From NCBI GenBank assembly GCA_963826345.1, contig CAWGWU010000015.1, positions 40,536 through 104,535 of the forward strand: a stretch of DNA of 64,000 nucleotides, given 5' to 3'. Below are positions 61,696-64,000 of the stretch, one piece after another (the first letter of the stretch is position 1; every line of letters starts with the position of its first letter). The notes under the pieces are model-generated. The model saw nothing but the letters and a program-made list of their open reading frames with translations, was not told the origin of the DNA and made no database searches. The stretch is from an uncultured Solirubrobacteraceae bacterium (lineage in GTDB: Bacteria > Actinomycetota > Thermoleophilia > Solirubrobacterales > Solirubrobacteraceae). The position numbers and the translations under genes were made by a program.

Positions 61696-62322
61696 CTAGG
61701 CGAGCAGCACGCGGAGCTCGGCGGGCCGCTCGACGATGATGTCGGCGCCGCGCAGCTCGTCGCGGTCGCCGATGCCCCAGGTGACGCCAATCGCGCGCAG
61801 GCCGCAGGCGCGCGCGGCCTCGATGTCGTAGCAGCGGTCGCCGACGACAACGGCGTCGTGCGCGCCGAGCGCTTTCTGCGCGCGCGCGACGGTCTCGGCC
61901 TTCGGCTCGGCGAGCTCGGGAGCGCTGACGACCGCGAACTCGATCCCGAAGTGCTCGAGCAGCGGCGCGACGAACTGGCGCGCCTTCGAGGTCGCGAGCG
62001 CGAGCGGCAGCGTCAGGCTGCGCAGCAGCTCGGGCATCCCGTCGATGAGCCGCGTCTGTTCGAGATACACCCGGGCGAAGATGTCGTGGTAGGTGGCGAC
62101 ACACGCCGCGACGATCTCCGAGTCCTCCGCGGCGCCGGTTAGCTCGGCGAAAGCGCTCAATGCCGGCGGGCCGATGAATCGCGCGGTCTCGGCGGCGCTG
62201 CGCGGTGTGAACCCGTGTGCGAGCAGCGCGCCGTTGATAGCCGTCTCGACCGGCTGGCGCGAATCGATGATGACGCCGTCGAAGTCGAAGATCGCGGCGT
62301 CGGGGGGTGGCGTCAGCGGCAT
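61696..62322 (-). CDS. HAD-superfamily phosphatase
   Basis: FDFDGVIID, ATSK, PK, VGDR..DI. Confidence 0.9.
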   Translation of the reverse strand: MPLTPPPDAAIFDFDGVIIDSRQPVETAINGALLAHGFTPRSAAETARFIGPPALSAFAELTGAAEDSEIVAACVATYHDIFARVYLEQTRLIDGMPELLRSLTLPLALATSKARQFVAPLLEHFGIEFAVVSAPELAEPKAETVARAQKALGAHDAVVVGDRCYDIEAARACGLRAIGVTWGIGDRDELRGADIIVERPAELRVLLA

Positions 62323-63737
62323 GCGCGCAGTGCCGGGTAGAGCGCGCGGAAGCGCTCGCGCCCGGCGCGGTAGGGCTCGATCCAGTCAGGCACAGGCTCG
62401 ATCAGGGCGCGCGGGCGCACGGTCGCGGCGACCGCGGCGGGGACGTCCGGCCAGACGCCGCCGGCGACGCCGCCGAGCAGCGCGGCGCCGAACGCCGCCG
62501 CGTCCTCGACTGCGACGCGCTCAAGCGGCAGCTCCAGCACCGAGGCGACGATTCGCAGCCACTCCTCGCTGCGCGCGCCACCGCCCGATACGCGCCCGAG
62601 CACCGGCCGCCCGCCGAGCTCGCAGATCAGATCGAGCGAGTCGCGCAGTCCGAAGGCGACGCCCTCGAGCAGCGCGCGCACGAGCGCGCCGCGGTCGTGG
62701 CGCAGGCTGAGGCCGGCGTAGGCGCCGCGCGCGTCGGGATCGTCGTGCGGCGTGCGCTCGCCGGCGAGATACGGCAGGAACGAGAGCCCCTCGGTCGTCG
62801 GAGGCCAGGCGCTGGCCTCCGCGGTGAGCACGGCGTAGTCGGCGCCGAGGATCGCCTGCAACCAGCGCAGCGAGCCCGCCGCCGAGAGCATGACGCCCAT
62901 CGCGTGCCAGGTGTCCGGAATCGCGTGGCAGAAGGTTTGCACGCGCACTCGCGGGTCGGCGGCGAAGCGCTCGAGCGCGGCGAACACGACGCCGGAGGTC
63001 CCGAGCACGACCGATACGGGCCCGGGACGATCGACCCCGACGCCGAGAGCGCCGGCGGCCTGGTCGCCGGCGCCGGCGGCGACCGGCACGCCGTCGGCGG
63101 TCACGCCGCTCACCTGCGCGCTCTCGAGCACGCGCGGCAGCCACTCGGGCTCGAACGCGAGCGCCTCGAGCATCTGCTCGCTCCACCGCCGCTCGGCGAC
63201 GTTCAGCAGCAGCGTCCCGGAGGCGTCGGCGACGTCGGTCGCGTGCTCGCCGCAGAGGCGCAGCCGGACGTAGTCCTTGGGCAGCGCGATGTGCGCGATG
63301 CGCGCGAACACCTCTGGCTCGTTGTGCCGGAGCCAGAGCAGTTTCGGCGCCGTGAAGCTCGTGAGCGCGCGGTTGCCCGTCAGCGCGATCAGCCGCTCGA
63401 GCCCGAGCGTCGCCTCGATCTCGACGCACTCCTCGCTGGTGCGCTGGTCGTTCCAGATAATTGCCGGCCGCAGCACGCGGTCATGGGAGTCGAGCGCGAC
63501 CAGGCCGTGCATCTGACCTGAGAGCCCGATGCCCTCAGGAGGTCCGGCGGCGGCGTGCAGCCGCGCCAGCACCGCCTCGGCCGCGCGCCACCAATCCTCC
63601 GGATCCTGCTCAGCCCAACCGGCCCGAGGCGTCAACAGCGGATATCCGGCCTCCGCGGCCGCCACGACACTGCCGTCGGCGTCGAGGGCGAGTCCCTTGA
63701 CGCCGCTGGTCCCGACGTCCAGCCCGAATACGCTCAT
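62313..63737 (-). CDS. xylB: Xylulokinase
   Basis: GLDVGTSGVK, SGQMHG, IWNDQR, AGDQAA, PYLAGERTP, GGGARS. Confidence 0.9.
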   Translation of the reverse strand: MSVFGLDVGTSGVKGLALDADGSVVAAAEAGYPLLTPRAGWAEQDPEDWWRAAEAVLARLHAAAGPPEGIGLSGQMHGLVALDSHDRVLRPAIIWNDQRTSEECVEIEATLGLERLIALTGNRALTSFTAPKLLWLRHNEPEVFARIAHIALPKDYVRLRLCGEHATDVADASGTLLLNVAERRWSEQMLEALAFEPEWLPRVLESAQVSGVTADGVPVAAGAGDQAAGALGVGVDRPGPVSVVLGTSGVVFAALERFAADPRVRVQTFCHAIPDTWHAMGVMLSAAGSLRWLQAILGADYAVLTAEASAWPPTTEGLSFLPYLAGERTPHDDPDARGAYAGLSLRHDRGALVRALLEGVAFGLRDSLDLICELGGRPVLGRVSGGGARSEEWLRIVASVLELPLERVAVEDAAAFGAALLGGVAGGVWPDVPAAVAATVRPRALIEPVPDWIEPYRAGRERFRALYPALRACR

Positions 63738-63765
63738 GTGCGGTTCAGCGGTGTGTCGTCCTCGC

Positions 63766-63999
63766 TCATGCGCCCAACGCGGCATAGACGAGCTCGTATG
63801 CGCTCACCGCGTCCTTGCGGGACTGCGCCTCGCGGAGCGCTTCGTCGTCGATCCGCGCCGCGACCGAGTCGATGAAGTTCCACTGGATCACCGAGCGCTT
63901 GACCGCGCCGACCTGATCCTCGGTGTAGGGATAGAGGTCAAGACCGAGGCGTTCGCCATTGTCGCCGTAGCCGCAGCGGCGCAGCTCGACCGCTAGCTC
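63766..63999 (-). CDS. C-terminus of a xylose-isomerase-like TIM-barrel sugar isomerase (5'-partial)
   Basis: Own translation ...GY....LGLDLYPYTEDQ..AV.RS...; lies directly upstream of xylB. Confidence 0.55.
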   Translation of the reverse strand, partial: ELAVELRRCGYGDNGERLGLDLYPYTEDQVGAVKRSVIQWNFIDSVAARIDDEALREAQSRKDAVSAYELVYAALGA

Positions 64000-64000
64000 G

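Overview
High-GC bacterial chromosomal window with an actinobacterial, probably Thermoleophilia/Solirubrobacterales-like, gene content (inference from gene families and many apparently leaderless genes). It holds about 60 genes: redox enzymes, several cyclic-nucleotide signalling proteins, two divergent tRNA-Ala genes (one followed by a small degenerate island), an HxlR-type stress operon, secreted surface proteins, an arylsulfotransferase locus and a large galactose/L-arabinose/xylose catabolic cluster. Many otherwise intact genes carry single frameshifts, most likely long-read assembly indels. The most unusual element is at 37.0-39.7 kb. Two tandem paralogous secreted Cys-containing two-repeat proteins have near-identical frameworks but variable loops, and each has a ~100-nt conserved 5' leader with a 12-bp hairpin carrying the loop AGGAUUUGGGAA. 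A third hairpin with the same loop but a different stem lies between them on the opposite strand, which suggests an undescribed structured RNA motif and possibly a decoy sRNA. Other highlights are an MFS-arylsulfotransferase fusion, a cupredoxin lipoprotein coupled to a PilJ/NarX-like diguanylate cyclase, and a bacterial lysyl oxidase.
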